Shown one piece after another: positions 1 to 13,139 of a DNA stretch of 64,000 bases. The stretch comes from Mustelus asterias (taxonomy: Eukaryota). Under the pieces are notes generated by a model, which saw nothing but the letters and a program-made list of their open reading frames with translations, did not search any database and was not told the DNA's origin. How positions within the stretch are numbered: the stretch's first letter is position 1; each line of letters begins with the position of its first letter. The stretch lies in the NCBI RefSeq assembly GCF_964213995.1, contig NW_027590581.1, positions 124,001 through 188,000 on the forward strand, in the 5' to 3' direction. A program made the translations under genes and the position numbers.

Positions 1-1082
1 AGAGGGAGAGAGGGGCGGGGCAGAGAGACAGGGAGCGAGGCAGGGGGAGAGAGAGACAGGGAGAGAGTGAGAGAGAGGCAGGAATGGAGAGATAGAGAAG
101 CAGGGAGAGAGAGAGAGGCAGGGAGAGGGAGAGAGTGAGAGACTTAGGGATAGAGAGAGAGAGTGTGTCAGGGAGAGAGACGGAGGCAGGGAGAGAGAGG
201 AGGCAGGGAGAGACAGAGAGCGAGAGAGGGAGGCAGGGAGAGAGAGGGAGAGGCAGTGGGAGAGAGAGAGAAGCAGGGAGAGGAAGAAAGTAGGTAGGGA
301 GAGAGAAGCAGGGACAGAGAGAGGCAGGGGGAGAGGGACAGTGAGGCAGCGAGAAAGCGAGAGGCAGGGAGAGAGAGAGAGAGAGGCAGGGGGAGAGAGA
401 GAGAAAACGGGAGGCAGGGAGAGAGAGAGCGAGAGACAGGCAGAGAGAGAGCGAGAGGCAGGGAGAGAGAGTAAGAGAGGCAGGGAGAGAGAGAGAGAGG
501 TGGGGGATAGATAAAAAGAGACAGGAAGGGAGGGAGAGAGGGAGAGAGAGAGGCAGAAACAGAGAGAAGGATGGAGGGAGAGAGAGGCAGGAAGAGGGAG
601 AGGTGGGGCAGGTAAAGAGAGGGATAGAGGGGCAGGGATGGTGGGAGAGTTAGGCAGGGGGAGAGAGAGAGAGAGGGAGGCTTGGAGTGAGTGCGATAGA
701 GGATCAGGGAGAGATGGGGGGTGGGTGGCAGTGAGGGAGAGAGAGAGAGGCAGAGAGACACAGAGAGAGTAGGACAAGGAGAGGAAGAGAGAGAGATTCA
801 GGGAGAGAGAGAGAGAGAAATGCAGAGAGAGAGAGAGGCAGGGAGAGAGAGAGGGAGGTAGAGGGAAAGAGACAAAGACAGAGAGATGCAGAGAGAGAGG
901 GAGATAGAGGGGCAGGGAGAGAGNNNNNNNNNNNNNNNNNNNNNNNNNNNNNNNNNNNNNNNNNNNNNNNNNNNNNNNNNNNNNNNNNNNNNNNNNNNNN
1001 NNNNNNNNNNNNNNNNNNNNNNNNNNNNNNNNNNNNNNNNNNNNNNNNNNNNNNNNNAGGGGTACTGAGAGAGAGAGAGGCA
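1..1082. repeat. GA-rich low-complexity/simple repeat (GAGAGGCAGG-like units) with an assembly gap
   Basis: Near-pure purine tract of (GA)n and gaggcaggga units; N run at 924-1057. Confidence 0.95.
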
Positions 1083-1139
1083 GAAAACAGAGGGAACAGA
1101 AATAACAGGCGGGATGGCAGGTAAATAGGGTCGTGAAAA

Positions 1140-1780
1140 GGGCATACGAAACACTCCCCTTTTCCAATCGGTGCTTAGATTACAAAAACATGCAGGCAAT
1201 AAGGACTTGTATAGAACTTTGTTTGAGCCACAGCTGGAGTGCAGTTCTGGTCGCCACATTTAAGAAAGGACCTGAACGCCCTGGAAGGGGGTGCAGAGGA
1301 GATTTACCAGGATGATGCCTGAGATGGAACGTTTAAATTATGAAGAGAGTTTGGGTAGGCTTGCGTTGTTTTCGTTGGAGCAGAGTAGACTGAGGGGGCG
1401 ACCTGATTGAGGTGTTCAAGATTATGAGGGACATGGACAGGATGGATAGGGAGCATCTGTTCCCTTTCTTTGAAAGGTCAGTTACGAGGGGACACAAGTT
1501 AAAAGCGAGGGGTGGGAGGTTTAGGGGGGATTTGAGGAAAAAACTCTTTACTCAGAGGGTGATGACGGTCTGGAATGCGCTGCCTGGGAGGGTGGTGGTA
1601 GTGGGATACCTCACATCCTTCAAAAAGTACCTGGATCAGTACTTGGCACCTATAACATTCAAGACTATGGGACAAGTGCTGCCAAGTGGGATTACGTGGG
1701 CAGGTAAGGGCATTTCATGCGTGGGTGCGGACTCGATGAGCTGAGGGGCCTTTTCTGCACTGTAGGATTCTGTGATTCTG
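1140..1780 (+). mobile_element. CR1/HER1-type LINE 3' fragment
   Basis: ORF 1412-1744 (FKIMRDMDRMDREHLFP...TRGH...FTQRV..VWNALP) is the typical CR1 RT C-terminus; ends in an attctgtg tail repeat. Confidence 0.85.
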
Positions 1781-2169
1781 TGAAAGAGAGACAGATACAG
1801 TGAGGGACAGAAACAGTGGAATACAAATAAAGTGACAGACACAGGGGCAGGGAAACAGGGGCTGGGAAAGAGGGCGGAGACTGAGTGAGACAGAAAGAAT
1901 AAGGCAGTAACAAGGAGCCAAAAGAAAGGATCAGAAACAGGGAGACATTGGGTGACACAGAGACAGCACATTCCAAACCCACAACCACTACCTTCTAGGA
2001 CAAGAGCAGCAGATGCTGGGAAAACCACGTTGTGGAGGTTCCCCTCCAGGTCACTCACCAATCCGACTTGTAAATATATTGTTGTTCCTTCATTGTTGCT
2101 GGGCGACAATGCGTGAACTCCCCGCGCGTTGGTGTGTCTATACCTCAAGGACTGCCGCAGTTTAAGAAC

Positions 2170-2760
2170 AGTAAGAAGTTTAACAACACCAGGTTAAAGT
2201 CCAACAGGTTTATTTGGTCGCAAAAGCCACAAGCTTTCGGAGCCTTAAGCTCCTTATTCAGGTGAGTGCGAATTCTGTTCACAAACAGAGCATACAAAAT
2301 CACAAACTCAATTTACAGAATAATGGATGGAATGCGAATACTTACAGCTAATCAAGTCTTAAAGGTACAAACAATGTGAGTGGAGAGAGCATCAAGACAC
2401 GTTAAAGAGATCTGCATTGTCTCCAGACAGGACAGCCAGTGAGACTCTGCAAGTCCAGGCAAGTTGTGGGGATTACAGATGGTGTGACATGAACCCAATA
2501 TCCCGGTTGAGGCCGTCCTCATGTGTGCGGGACTTGGCAATCAGTTTCTGCTCAGCGGCTCTGCGCCGTCGAGTGTCATGAAGGCCGTCTTGGAGAACGC
2601 TTACCCGAATATCAGAGGCCGAATACCCGTGACCGCTGAAGTGCTCCCCAACAGGAAGAGAACAGTCTTGCCTGGTAATTGTCCAGCGTTGCTTATTCAG
2701 CAGTTGTCGCAGCGTCTGCATGGTTTCCTCAATGTAACATGCCTCAGGACATCCTTTCAT
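2170..2760 (-). mobile_element. Penelope-like element, 5'-truncated (GIY-YIG C-terminus + 3' terminal repeat)
   Basis: ORF 2473-2766 GCPEACYIEETMQTLRQ...EQKLIAK...GLNRD; near-identical to the copy at 35676-36687. Confidence 0.9.
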
Positions 2761-3504
2761 GAACACCGCTCGTCACTTTTTGCAAGTCAATTAGACATGC
2801 TCCATAAAAAAGTGGAATTGAAACTATTAAGATCGTGGTCCAATGGAGTGAAATTAAAGTAAAAGGGATTTGGATTGGGACAATTGAAGGAATTCTTAAT
2901 GAGAATTATACACAAAATCGATACAGGAGAAGGGAGAGCTGGAGAATCTTTTAAGCCCATGCATGATCTGTTGTTTTCATTTAACATTTTTTAAAAATTC
3001 ATTCGTGGGACCTGGGCGTCGCTGGCTGGCCAGCATCTATTGCCCATCCCTCGTTTCCCTTGAGAAGGTGGTGGTGATCTGCCTTCTTGAATCGCTGCAG
3101 TCCACGTTTAGCAAACACTCACTACAAAAGTATAATGAATATCATCACAATCCACATCATTCACCTTTTCCAAATCTATTCCTGTACCTCGTGGTGCACT
3201 AACACAGGCGTTTGTCCGTTTCCATAGCTAGTTCGATCAGGAATAGGTCGCTTGTCTGTTTCCAGGGCATTGTAGCTTGAGAGACATCACTCCGCAACAC
3301 GGAACCATCACATCTTTGGAGTCTGGGAGGAAACTGAGCACCGAAAGGAAACCCACACAGACACAGGGAGAACATACAATCTCCACGCGGACAGTCACCC
3401 AAGGCCGGAATTGAACTCGGGACCCTGGCACTGTAAGGCAGCAATGCTAACCACTGTGACACCTTTGTTAATAGTTTCCCAGAGATCAGAGTCCTCATTG
3501 ATTT

Positions 3505-4720
3505 GAGGCCATAAGACCATAAGATGTAGGAGCAGAATTAGGTCATTTGGCCCATCGAGTCTGCTCCAACATTCAATCATGATATGATTCTCATCCCTAT
3601 TCTCCTGCCTTGTCTCCGTAACCCAAGATCCCTTTCTTGATCGAGATCCTATCTAACTCTGTCTTAAAGACACTCAATGACTTAGCTTCTACAGCTCTCT
3701 GCGGCAATGAGTTCTACAGATTCACCACCCTCTGGCTGAAGAAATTTCTCCTCATCCCATAGAATCCCTGCAGTACAGAAGGAGGCTATTCAGCACATCA
3801 AGTCGATACTGACCACAATCCCACCCAGGACGATTCTCGCCAGCCTACACATTTACTCTACTAATCCCCTTGACACGAGGGTCAATTTTAGCACAGCGAA
3901 TCAACTTAAACCGCACATCGATGGACTGTGGGGAGAAACCGGAGCACCCGGAGGCAACCCATGCAGACATAGGGAGTACGTGCAAACTCCATACAGAGAA
4001 TGAGTGACCTGAGGCCAGAATTGAACCCAGATCCCTTGGTGCTGTGAGGCAGCAGTGCTAACCACTGTGCTGCCTCAGTTATAAAGGAGCGATCGTTCAC
4101 TCTGAGGTTGTGCCATCGAGTTCTAATCTCTCCCACTAGTGGAAACATTCTCTCCACATCCACTCTATCTGGGCCTCTCAGTATTCTGTAAGTTTCAATT
4201 AGATCCCCGCTCATCCTTCTGAACTCCATCGAGTATAGACCTAGACTCCTCAACCACTCCTCATATGACAAACCCTTCATTCCTGGGATCATTCTTGTGA
4301 ACCTCCTCTGGACCACCTCCAAGGCCAGCACATCCTTCCTTTGGTATGGAGCCCAAAACTGCTCACTATATTCCAAATGGGGTCTGAGCAGAGCTTTATA
4401 CAGCCTCAGAAGTACATCCCTGCTCATGTATTCTAACCCTCTAAAAATGAAAGCTGACATTGAATTTGCCTTCCTAAAGGCCAACTGACCCTGCACGTGA
4501 ACGGTGAGAATCCTGAACCAAAACTCCCAAGACCCTTTTTGCTTCAGATTTCCAAAACCTTTGCCCATTTAGAAAATAGTCTACGCTTGTATTCGTCCTA
4601 CCATAGTGCATAACCTCATACTTTCCCACTTGGCATTCGATCTGCCATTTCTTTGACAACTCTCCTAACCTGTCCAAATTCTTCTGCAGTCTCCGCACTT
4701 CCTCAACACTACCTGTTCTT
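3505..4720 (-). mobile_element. CR1-type LINE 3' fragment interrupted by an HE1 SINE
   Basis: ORF 3906-4568 contains LYKALLRPHLEY..QFWAP..KDV..LE.VQRRFTRMIPG; the LINE resumes on the other side of the SINE at 3759-4078. Confidence 0.85.
3759..4078 (-). mobile_element. HE1-type tRNA-derived SINE
   Basis: Head ggcagcacagtggttagcactgctgcctcacagc, body gggtgctccggttt, tail gggattctatg on the minus strand. Confidence 0.85.
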
Positions 4721-4796
4721 CTCCAAATTGTAACCTCTTATTTATTGTTCCCCTCGCCCATCCTCTGAAGTGAACCATCCTCCAGTGGCTGTGCCA

Positions 4797-5082
4797 GGAT
4801 GGGGCCGTAAACCTGGGCCTGTCCCGGGAGGGAGAAAGCCCGCAGCTGCAATCCAGGGAGCTGACAATGATTCTGGAGGGTTTGCGGATCCGCAAAGTGT
4901 TTTCAAATCCTCACATTTCTAGCCCCACCCCCTCTTCCTATCGGTTCGGAGGTGCCGTCAATCAGTCCCCGGGCATTGTGACGTGAAACAAGTCCTTCAG
5001 AATCAATGTCAGCTCCCTGGATTGCAGCTGCGGGGCTTCTCCCTCCCTCCCGGGAACAGGCCCAGGTTAACGGCCCCATCCG
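4797..5082. repeat. Inverted repeat, ~88-bp arms with ~105-bp spacer
   Basis: 4797-4884 (ggatggggccgtaaacctgggcctgtcccgggag...gcagctgcaatccagggagctgacaatgattctg) is the reverse complement of 4990-5082 with few mismatches. Confidence 0.9.
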
Positions 5083-5189
5083 GGTTTGCAGCTGGAGCAT
5101 GTGCAATCCCTGGAGACAGACGGTAAAGAGGTCAAGCGAGCGGGTTTTAAATGGAGATTTTTACCAAGACTCAGTACGGTTGCAGAGCC

Positions 5190-5410
5190 CGAAGTAGAAC
5201 CGGAAACAAATATTGAGCCTGTTGGAGGGTTCTGAGGCTTCACAAACAAGCGGTATATCGGATACAAACAAAATCCTCGGGCCTTCCGGAGGCTTCCGGA
5301 GTTAACATCCGCCATTCTGAAAGAAGGCAGTGAGCGCCAAGGCGCATGCGTGTGTGTCGAATTCATGGTGCAGTAAGTTTCGGGGCGCATGCGTGTCCGC
5401 CATCTTGAAA
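5190..5410. promoter_or_regulatory. CpG-rich housekeeping-type promoter (NRF1, YY1, ETS-like motifs)
   Basis: Two gcgcatgcg motifs (~5342, ~5385), ccgccatt/ccgccatctt (~5309, ~5397), several ccggaa/ttccgg; CpG enriched relative to the window. Confidence 0.6.
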
Positions 5411-6292
5411 TTGGGCAAAGCCGAATGAATCATCCACAGAGGACAAAATATCGGAGATAGAATTTGTTGTGAAATCAATGCATTGTTGTAAAACAGGATT
5501 CCAGGGTTACAGTCAGCAGCAACTTGTATTTATATAACACCTTTAACATCACCAGTCACCCAGTGCATTTCACAGGAGCATTATAAAACAAAGTGAGAAA
5601 GCCAGACGCATCGACGCATCAGGACTTTTTCAAACATGTGATCCCTCTATTCCCACTCCGTTCTATACAGCCATATGAACGGAGTGGGAATGGAGGGATA
5701 CAAAAGAATGGTCTAGTTTGGACCAGGGAGCGGCGCGGGCTTGGAGGGCCGAAGGGGCTGTTCCTGTGCTGTATTGTTCTTTGTTCTTTGTTCTAAGGCA
5801 AGTTTGTGGACATTTGAGACATTCCTAAAACTATTGCAATCTAAAGCTTGGGAAAAGTGGTTTATTTTAAGGAGTGTCTTAAATCGTAGGCAGATAGTAC
5901 AAAACCTAAGTATTGCTGAAAAAAGAGGCATGGTGTCAAAGCTTTTCATATTGCTCTCATCAAGATTCCAAAGGGAACAACAATTTATACTGTGTAAGCA
6001 AAGGACCATTGATTGGCCAGTCAGTTCTGATTAGTCTAGCCATTGCTATGGAGAACAAGTGAGGGAGCTGTCAACCCACCGCGCCCCACCCCCCCCCCCC
6101 ACCCTCCACCCACCGCCGCCCCCCCAGGCTTTTCCTTTGACCTGCAGAGGACAGGTTCTTGTCCATGAATATATGTAGCTTTGGGCACGTGTAAATGAGC
6201 ATGAGTGATATTTTTGAAATTTGATATTCTGGAATTTGTTCTGATGAATACAAGGAGAGCATGCCCTTTTTACAGCAATATATATATATATA

Positions 6293-6610
6293 AAATCCTA
6301 CAGTGCAGAAGGAGGCCATTGGCAACATCGAGTCTGCACCAACCACAATTCCACCCAGGCCCTATCCCCATAACCCCACGTATTTATCCCAGCTAGTCCT
6401 CTTGACACTAAGGGACAATTTAGCACAGCCAATCCACCTAACCCGCACCTCTTTGGACTGTGGGAGGAGACCGGATCTCCTGGAGGAAACCCACGCAGAC
6501 ACAGGGGAGAACGTGCAAATTCCACACAGACAGCGACCCAAGCCGGGAATCAAACGCAGGCCCCTGGCGCTGTGAAGCAGCAGTGCTAACCACTGGGCCA
6601 CCGTGTCGCC
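6293..6610 (-). mobile_element. HE1-type SINE
   Basis: Full SINE consensus on the minus strand (gtggttagcactgctgcttcacagc...gggtttcctcc...tgtaggatt). Confidence 0.9.
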
Positions 6611-7021
6611 ATTTAAAGCAGGAAAGGGAGGGAGACAGATGGAGAAATTCGGGAGAGAATTTTAGACATTGGAGCCGGGGAAACTGACGGCCTGGCAACT
6701 AATGGTCGAGCGATTAAAGTACAGAATGCTCAAGAAGCGAGAATTAGAGCAATGTAGATACCTAGGAAAATTATGAAGCAAAAGGGGATTTGAGAGATAG
6801 GGAGGAACGAGGCCTTGAAGTGATTTATACAATTTGTTCAAAAGGATGCTGAAAAAATAAGCAGCACATTCTTTGAATTTCAGCCCAGAGAGGAGGGAGA
6901 TCATGTGGGGCAGAGATTTACAGATCTGGGGGAACAAGAGAAGAAAACATGTTCCAGATATTAGAATTGTCTGTTTTGAATTTCTGTCCTGAACTGAGTA
7001 ATTTTGTTAACTCCTTTTGCA

Positions 7022-8020
7022 GGATATTTGAAGTGAAATCACAAACCAATACTCACACCAAGATTTACCAATGACTCGATTCATCAGCTGCTAAACACTG
7101 TCAGCCTTTGCATGTGGAATGAGAAATGTTTGTTTTGTCCGTGGGAAACGATTTCAAACATCAGTGTGACTGAAAAGCACCCCCCCCCCTCCACCGCCCC
7201 CCCCGCCCCCCCCCCGCCACCACAACACACACACACACATCCGAGTGAGAGTTTTCCAGTGAACTGACTCTGGAAAAAGCTTTATCCAGTTACAAAGCCT
7301 GAAAAATTTGTGACCAGGCGCCTATATTTGAGACGAAGGAGAAATCAGCCATGATCTGGTTGAATGGCGGAGCAGGCTCGAAGGCTGAATTTGGCTACTT
7401 ATTCCTTTGTTCAAATTCAAAAACATTGCAACATTCACAGCGGGGAGAAACCATACACATGTTCTGTATATGGACGAGGTTTCAACTTATCATCTAATGT
7501 GGAGAAACATGATGGTATCGACACCACAGAGGAACTGTGGATATGTGGGAAAGCAGTCACTTGCTCATCCAAACTGGAAACACATCGACACACCCACACT
7601 GGGGAGAGACCCTTCACCTGACCCGTGTGTTGGAAGGAATTTACTCAAACATCCTGCCTAACATTACACCAGCGAGATCACCCTGAAGAGAGACTGTACA
7701 CTTTCTCTGTGTGTGGGAAGGGATTCATCCAGATACATAACCTCGAATTACACCAGAGAGTTCACACCAGGGAGAGGCCGTTCACTTGCTTCGTGTGTGG
7801 GAAGTGGTTCATTAATTCATCCAACCTCGTGAAACACCAGCGAGTTCACACTGAGGAGAGGTGAACTCACTGACTGTGGAAAGAACCTCAGACATTCATC
7901 CAGCCTCAAAGCACATCAGCGACTTCACACTGGGGAGAGACCATGTACCTGCTCAGAGTGTGGGAAGGGGTTCACCACCTCCTCCCACCTGGTCACACAC
8001 CAACGACTTCACGAGTGAGT
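7022..8020 (+). pseudogene. C2H2 (Kruppel-type) zinc-finger gene, degenerate
   Basis: [59 protein letters not shown] linkers; in-frame stops (~7619, ~7862), a frameshift, lost Cys residues and a LINE-tail insertion at ~7330-7410. Confidence 0.85.
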
Positions 8021-9189
8021 GCAGGGAGTGGATTCTGCTGTAGCTGCTGCTGTTAATCACATCCAGGAGTGAGCCACATTCATTCTGACATTTGGGGTCT
8101 GTTTCTGCTGATGTTAACAACCCCTGTAACTGGGCTGGAGTTTAATATTCTGGATCTTCAGCTGATTGTGTTCTCGGGATGCAGTGTCCATTTATGAGCC
8201 GTTGTCTGTAATCTTTCCCCATCATTCTGGAACTCTCATCACAGAATATTTCCAGTGCAGAACGAAGCCATTCAGGCCATCGAGTCTGCACGGGCTCTCT
8301 GGAAGAGCCTTACCCCAGTAACCTTGCATATTCTTTTCAGATAACAATCCAATTGTCTTTTGAGTACCTTGATCGAAGCCGCCTCCATCGCCGTCTCAGA
8401 AGTTTATTCCAGACTCCAACCACATTCAACCTGAAAAGATTTTTGCTCATATCACTTCTACTCTGTTTTCCCCTTTGATGTAAATCTATGCCGTCTAGCT
8501 CTTGATGTTCTCTTGGTGGGAACATTTGCTCACTATTTCACCTGCCCATACCCCTCAGAATCTTGAATACCTCTATCAATCTCCTCTCAATCATCTTCAT
8601 TCAACAATTAACGTTTATTTCTTACGATGTAATTAATCTATGTTACTGGCCGGGAGTTTAATATCTTGATGTCTGTTTAATGAATCAGCTTTGTTTCAAA
8701 TACACGGTGTTTAAAGTCCGTGATTCCTTCAGGAGAAGAGGAGATTAATTGATGTCCTGTTACCGACTGTTCTAATATTGGATCTTTTCTTCTTTCTAAC
8801 TCAAATGATTTCAGTCTCAGACAAGTCTCAGCTCCCCATACCTTCCAGAAGGTCTCTCCCAGCCTTAAGATCCAGGGAGGTTTCAGTGTTAAAAACAGAA
8901 AATGATGAAAATAATAATCCATACTTTTCCAAGTACCAGTTGATTGCATCCCAGGTTATTGGTTTCATTTTTCCCCACAGCTGATGTTAAGCTGATTGTT
9001 CTGCAATTGTTGTGTTTTTGAACAGGGATGTAATATTTACAATCTCTCTGTCCTTTGGCGACACTGCTCTACAAGGAGGATTGGAAGGGTGAAGGACACT
9101 GTGTGACAGAGTGCAGCAGTCCCTCAATGTCAGACTGGAGTGTCAGCGAAGATCGTGTGCTTATTTTTACGAATATTTCTCGTTGTTCT

Positions 9190-10670
9190 TGAACAAAGAA
9201 AATTATAGCACAGGAACGGGCCCTTCAGCCCTCTAAGCCTGTACTGACCACACTGCCCAACTGAACTAAAACCCCTAACCCTTCCGGGGACCATATCACT
9301 CTATTCCCATCCTATTCGTGTATTTGTCATTACACACCTGAAATGTCACTATCGTATCTGCTACTACTACCTTCCCCAGCAGCGAGTTCCAGGCACCCAC
9401 CACCCTTTCGTAAAAAAAAAACTTGCCTCGTACATCTCCTCTCAACTTTGCTCCCCACGCATTAAACCTGTGCCCCCTAATATTTGACTCTTCCACCCTG
9501 GGAAAAAGCTTCTGACTATCCACTCTGTCCATGCCTCTCTTAATCTTGTGGACGACTATCAGGTCGCCCCTCAGCCTCCGTCGTTCCTTTGAGAACAAAC
9601 AAAGTTTCCCCAACCTCTCCTCATAGCTAATGCCCTACGTACCAGGCAGCATCCTGGTAAATCTTTTCTGTACCCTCTCCAAAGCCTCCACATCCTTCTG
9701 GTCGTGCGGCGACCAGAATTGAATACTATATTCCAAGTGCAGCCGGACAAAGTTGCTATAAAATTGCAACATGACTTGCCAATTTTTAAACTCAATGCCC
9801 CGGCCAATGAAGGCATGCATACCGTATTCCTTTCATGACTACCTTCTCCACCTGCGTTGCCACTTTCAGTGACTTGTGTACCTGTACACCCAGATCCCTC
9901 TGCCTATCAATAGCTTAAGGGTTCTGCAATTTACTGTATATTTCCCCATCTGTATTAGACCTTCCAAAATGCATTACCTCATTCTTGTCCGGAATAAACT
10001 CCATCTGCCATCTCTCCACCCAAGTCTCCAACCGATCTATATCCTGCGGTATCCTCTGACGGTCCTCATCACTCCACTTTTAAACCCGCCAATACCTCCA
10101 ATAACTCGTCACTCTCTATGGTAATATTCTCGAGAGCCTCACAGTCTCTCTCCACGTGTTCTATAGCTACCTCCTCCTCATGGGTGAAGACAGGTGTGAA
10201 ATATTCATGTACACCCTACCAATGTCCTCTGCCTCTACCCACAGATTTCCCCCTTGTTCCATAATGGGCCCTATTCTTTCCCTCGTTATCCTCTTCCCAT
10301 TGATATACTTTTAGAACATCTTAGGATTCTCCTGACATTTAACACCAGAGCTTTCTCATATCCCCTCTTTGCTCTCCTAATTGATTTCGTAAGTTCCACC
10401 CTACACTTTTGTGCTCCATTAATGCCTCCACAGACTTACTCTCCTTATGCTTGTTAAAAACCTCTCTTTTCCTTCTCACTGTACCCTGAATTTCTCTGAT
10501 TATCCATGGTTCCCTGGGTTTGTTATAGCTTCCTATTACCCTCGAGGGAACATGTTGGGTCTGTGACCTCCCCATTTCTTCTCTGAATACCCCCCACTGC
10601 TCTTCGGTAGATTTCCCCACAAATAACTCGTTCCAGTCTTCCTTGGCCATATCCTTCCTAATTTTGTGAA
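9190..10670 (-). mobile_element. CR1-type LINE fragments (RT C-terminus 9190-10060; EN-RT linker 10130-10670)
   Basis: ORFs 9296-9613, 9635-9820 (HLEYSIQFWSP..KDV..LERVQKRFTRMLPG) and 10339-10674 (DW..LF..KS.EEQW..F...PWI..EI). Confidence 0.85.
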
Positions 10671-11439
10671 ACATTTATTGACTAAATGGCTAAATTCCAT
10701 TTTGTCTTTTCATATTAACGCTACTCTGTCCCACACAGTATTTGGCAGCAATCCAGCTTGCTACCAAAAGCCTAAAGTTATATACAGGAAGCATCTGTTG
10801 GTGTTAGTTCAGTAAATCAAAGGGCTGTTTCCTCAGTACTGACCGCTTGGCTGCAAGCCAAATTCAAGCACGCAACATTGTCAATGAGGCCTATTTATAA
10901 ACAAATCTGCCCAGCAACAGTACTGGAAGAAATTTATCTTTTAAAGTTGTAAACCTATGTGAAATATTGCCATCTCTCAGGAAATGAAAATTATCGAGCT
11001 TCCCTGCTTGCAAAAATGATGATTTTTCCAGCACATCAGGATATTGTAATGGATGGATAGAAAAAAATATAGACAGACTGTGAGAGATGATTCAGAGAGA
11101 GGATATATGTTGTAATACATAAACATGTAAGTTTGTGTTTACTTTCCCTTTTCCTTCCAGGGAGATGAAAATTGGTGGAAAGTCCAGCATTTTTTGCCTG
11201 TCCTCGGTTTCTTTGGACTGAGTGATTCAGAGAAGACATTGAAGGGTCAACCATACTGCCGACCGCCTGGAATCACATCCAGGTGAAACCACGTAAGGAT
11301 TGCAGATTTCCTTCAGTGGGGAATCAGGGAAGTTTCCTTGGTCGTCTTTACTTTACATTCCAGATTTATTAATAGAATTGAAATTCCACCAGTTACAATG
11401 GTTGGATTTAAACTCATCCTGGGCCTCTGCCTCTCCAGG

Positions 11440-13110
11440 ATCTGCCTCTCCAGACCTGCTAAATCCAGTCGTGAATAGTGATGGTCAATTGAACAAATAA
11501 CAATTGAACAATAGCAGGAGCTTCAAGAAAAGTAACCGCCCTGAATGATGGTGATCCGGCACATCAGAGCAAAAAACAAGACTGAACCATTTGCTACAAC
11601 CTTTAGCCACAAGTGCCAAGAGGATGATCCATTTCGGCTTCCTCAAGGTGACTCCCAACATCGCAAGGCCAGTCTTCCGGCAATTTAATTCACATCACAT
11701 GATCATGCTGAGTGCATTGGATAGTGAAAAGCTAATTGGGCCTGACAATATTTGAGCACTAGTAATTAAGACTTCTTCTCTGGAACTAGCTGTGTCCCAG
11801 CCAATATGTTCAAGTGCAGTTGCAATACTGACAGTTGCTCAACTATGTGAAAAATTGGCAGACATGCCCTGGTGCAAAAACAAGGGCAAATACAACCTGG
11901 CCAATTACTGCCCAATCAGTCCTCACTCGATCACCACATTGAAAACTTTCAAGGATGATCCTATCAAATGGCTTTGACTCAGCAATAGCCTGCTCAAAGA
12001 TTTGGGTCCCGCCAGGAGCACTCAGTTCCAGAATGATTTACAACCAGTCGAAATATAAATAGAATATTTGAATTAAAGAGCTTTAAATTAAAGGCAATTG
12101 ACCGTGTGTGGTATTAAGGAGCCCGAGCAAAATGGGAAACGGGGAAAACAGTTCACTGACTGGAGTAATACTGAGCACAAAGGATGATAGTTTAAGCTGT
12201 TAAAGGCCAATCATCTGAGTCACAGGGCTGTTCTGCAGACGTTCCTCACGATAATAACCTCGCTCCAAGCCTCAGCCTTCGGCAGAGTTCAGAAGAGGGA
12301 TGTGCACTGATAATTGCACAAAGTTCAGCACCAGTTGCGGGATTCCCCAGATACTGAAACAGTCTGTGTCTATTTGCAGTAAGACTTAGAAAAGGTTCAG
12401 TCTTGGGCTAATGAGCGGCAAGTAACATTGAACTGCTCCAATAAGCGAAATTCCAAACATCTTATCTTGACATTGAATGGTATTACACATTGCTAAATTC
12501 CTCACCACCAACATCCTGGTAATTATAATTAAAAATGAACTGAACTGAGACTGACACTTCAATAATTTTGCTATATGAACAGATCAGAGGATAGGAGTTC
12601 TGCGGTGAACAACTCACCTACTAAATTTCCAAACCCTATCCATCATCCACAAGGCAAAAGTCTCAACTTGTCAAACTTGTGCCACTCAAAACGCTCCACA
12701 CCATCTGGGAAAAAGTATCTGTCTCGATGAACACCCCATCCACCACTTTAAACTTAACTCCCTGCATCACAGATGCACAATTGTAGCATTGTGAACCATG
12801 AGCAAATGTACAGCAGCAAATCATTCCTCAACTACCAAACCCATTACTTCTGACACTTAAAAGGACAAGGGTAGCAGATGCGTGAGAATACAATTACCTG
12901 CAAGTGCCGATAAGATCCACGCACCATCTTGACTGGGAACTATATCTCTAACCTTTCACTGTCATTGGATCAAAAGTTTGAAACTCCCTCCAATTAGCAC
13001 TGTGGGTTTACTTACTCAATATCGAATTCAATGGTTCAAGAACAAGGCTCACCACCACATTTTCAAAGGAATATAAGGTTTCACTGATTTTACCAGTAAC
13101 ACCAAAATCC
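11440..13110 (+). mobile_element. Old degenerate LINE (same family as 53290-54830)
   Basis: NLANYCPIS motif (ORF 11792-11977) and the same 3' end (aggacaagggtagcagatg) seen at ~2000 and ~28680. Confidence 0.65.
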
Positions 13111-13139
13111 CATTAAATAATCTAAAACATTTTTGTCTT

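Noticed and set aside
168-1259. Long Ser/Leu/Pro-rich ORFs
   Set aside because: Translations of the (GA)n tract and N gap; not genes.
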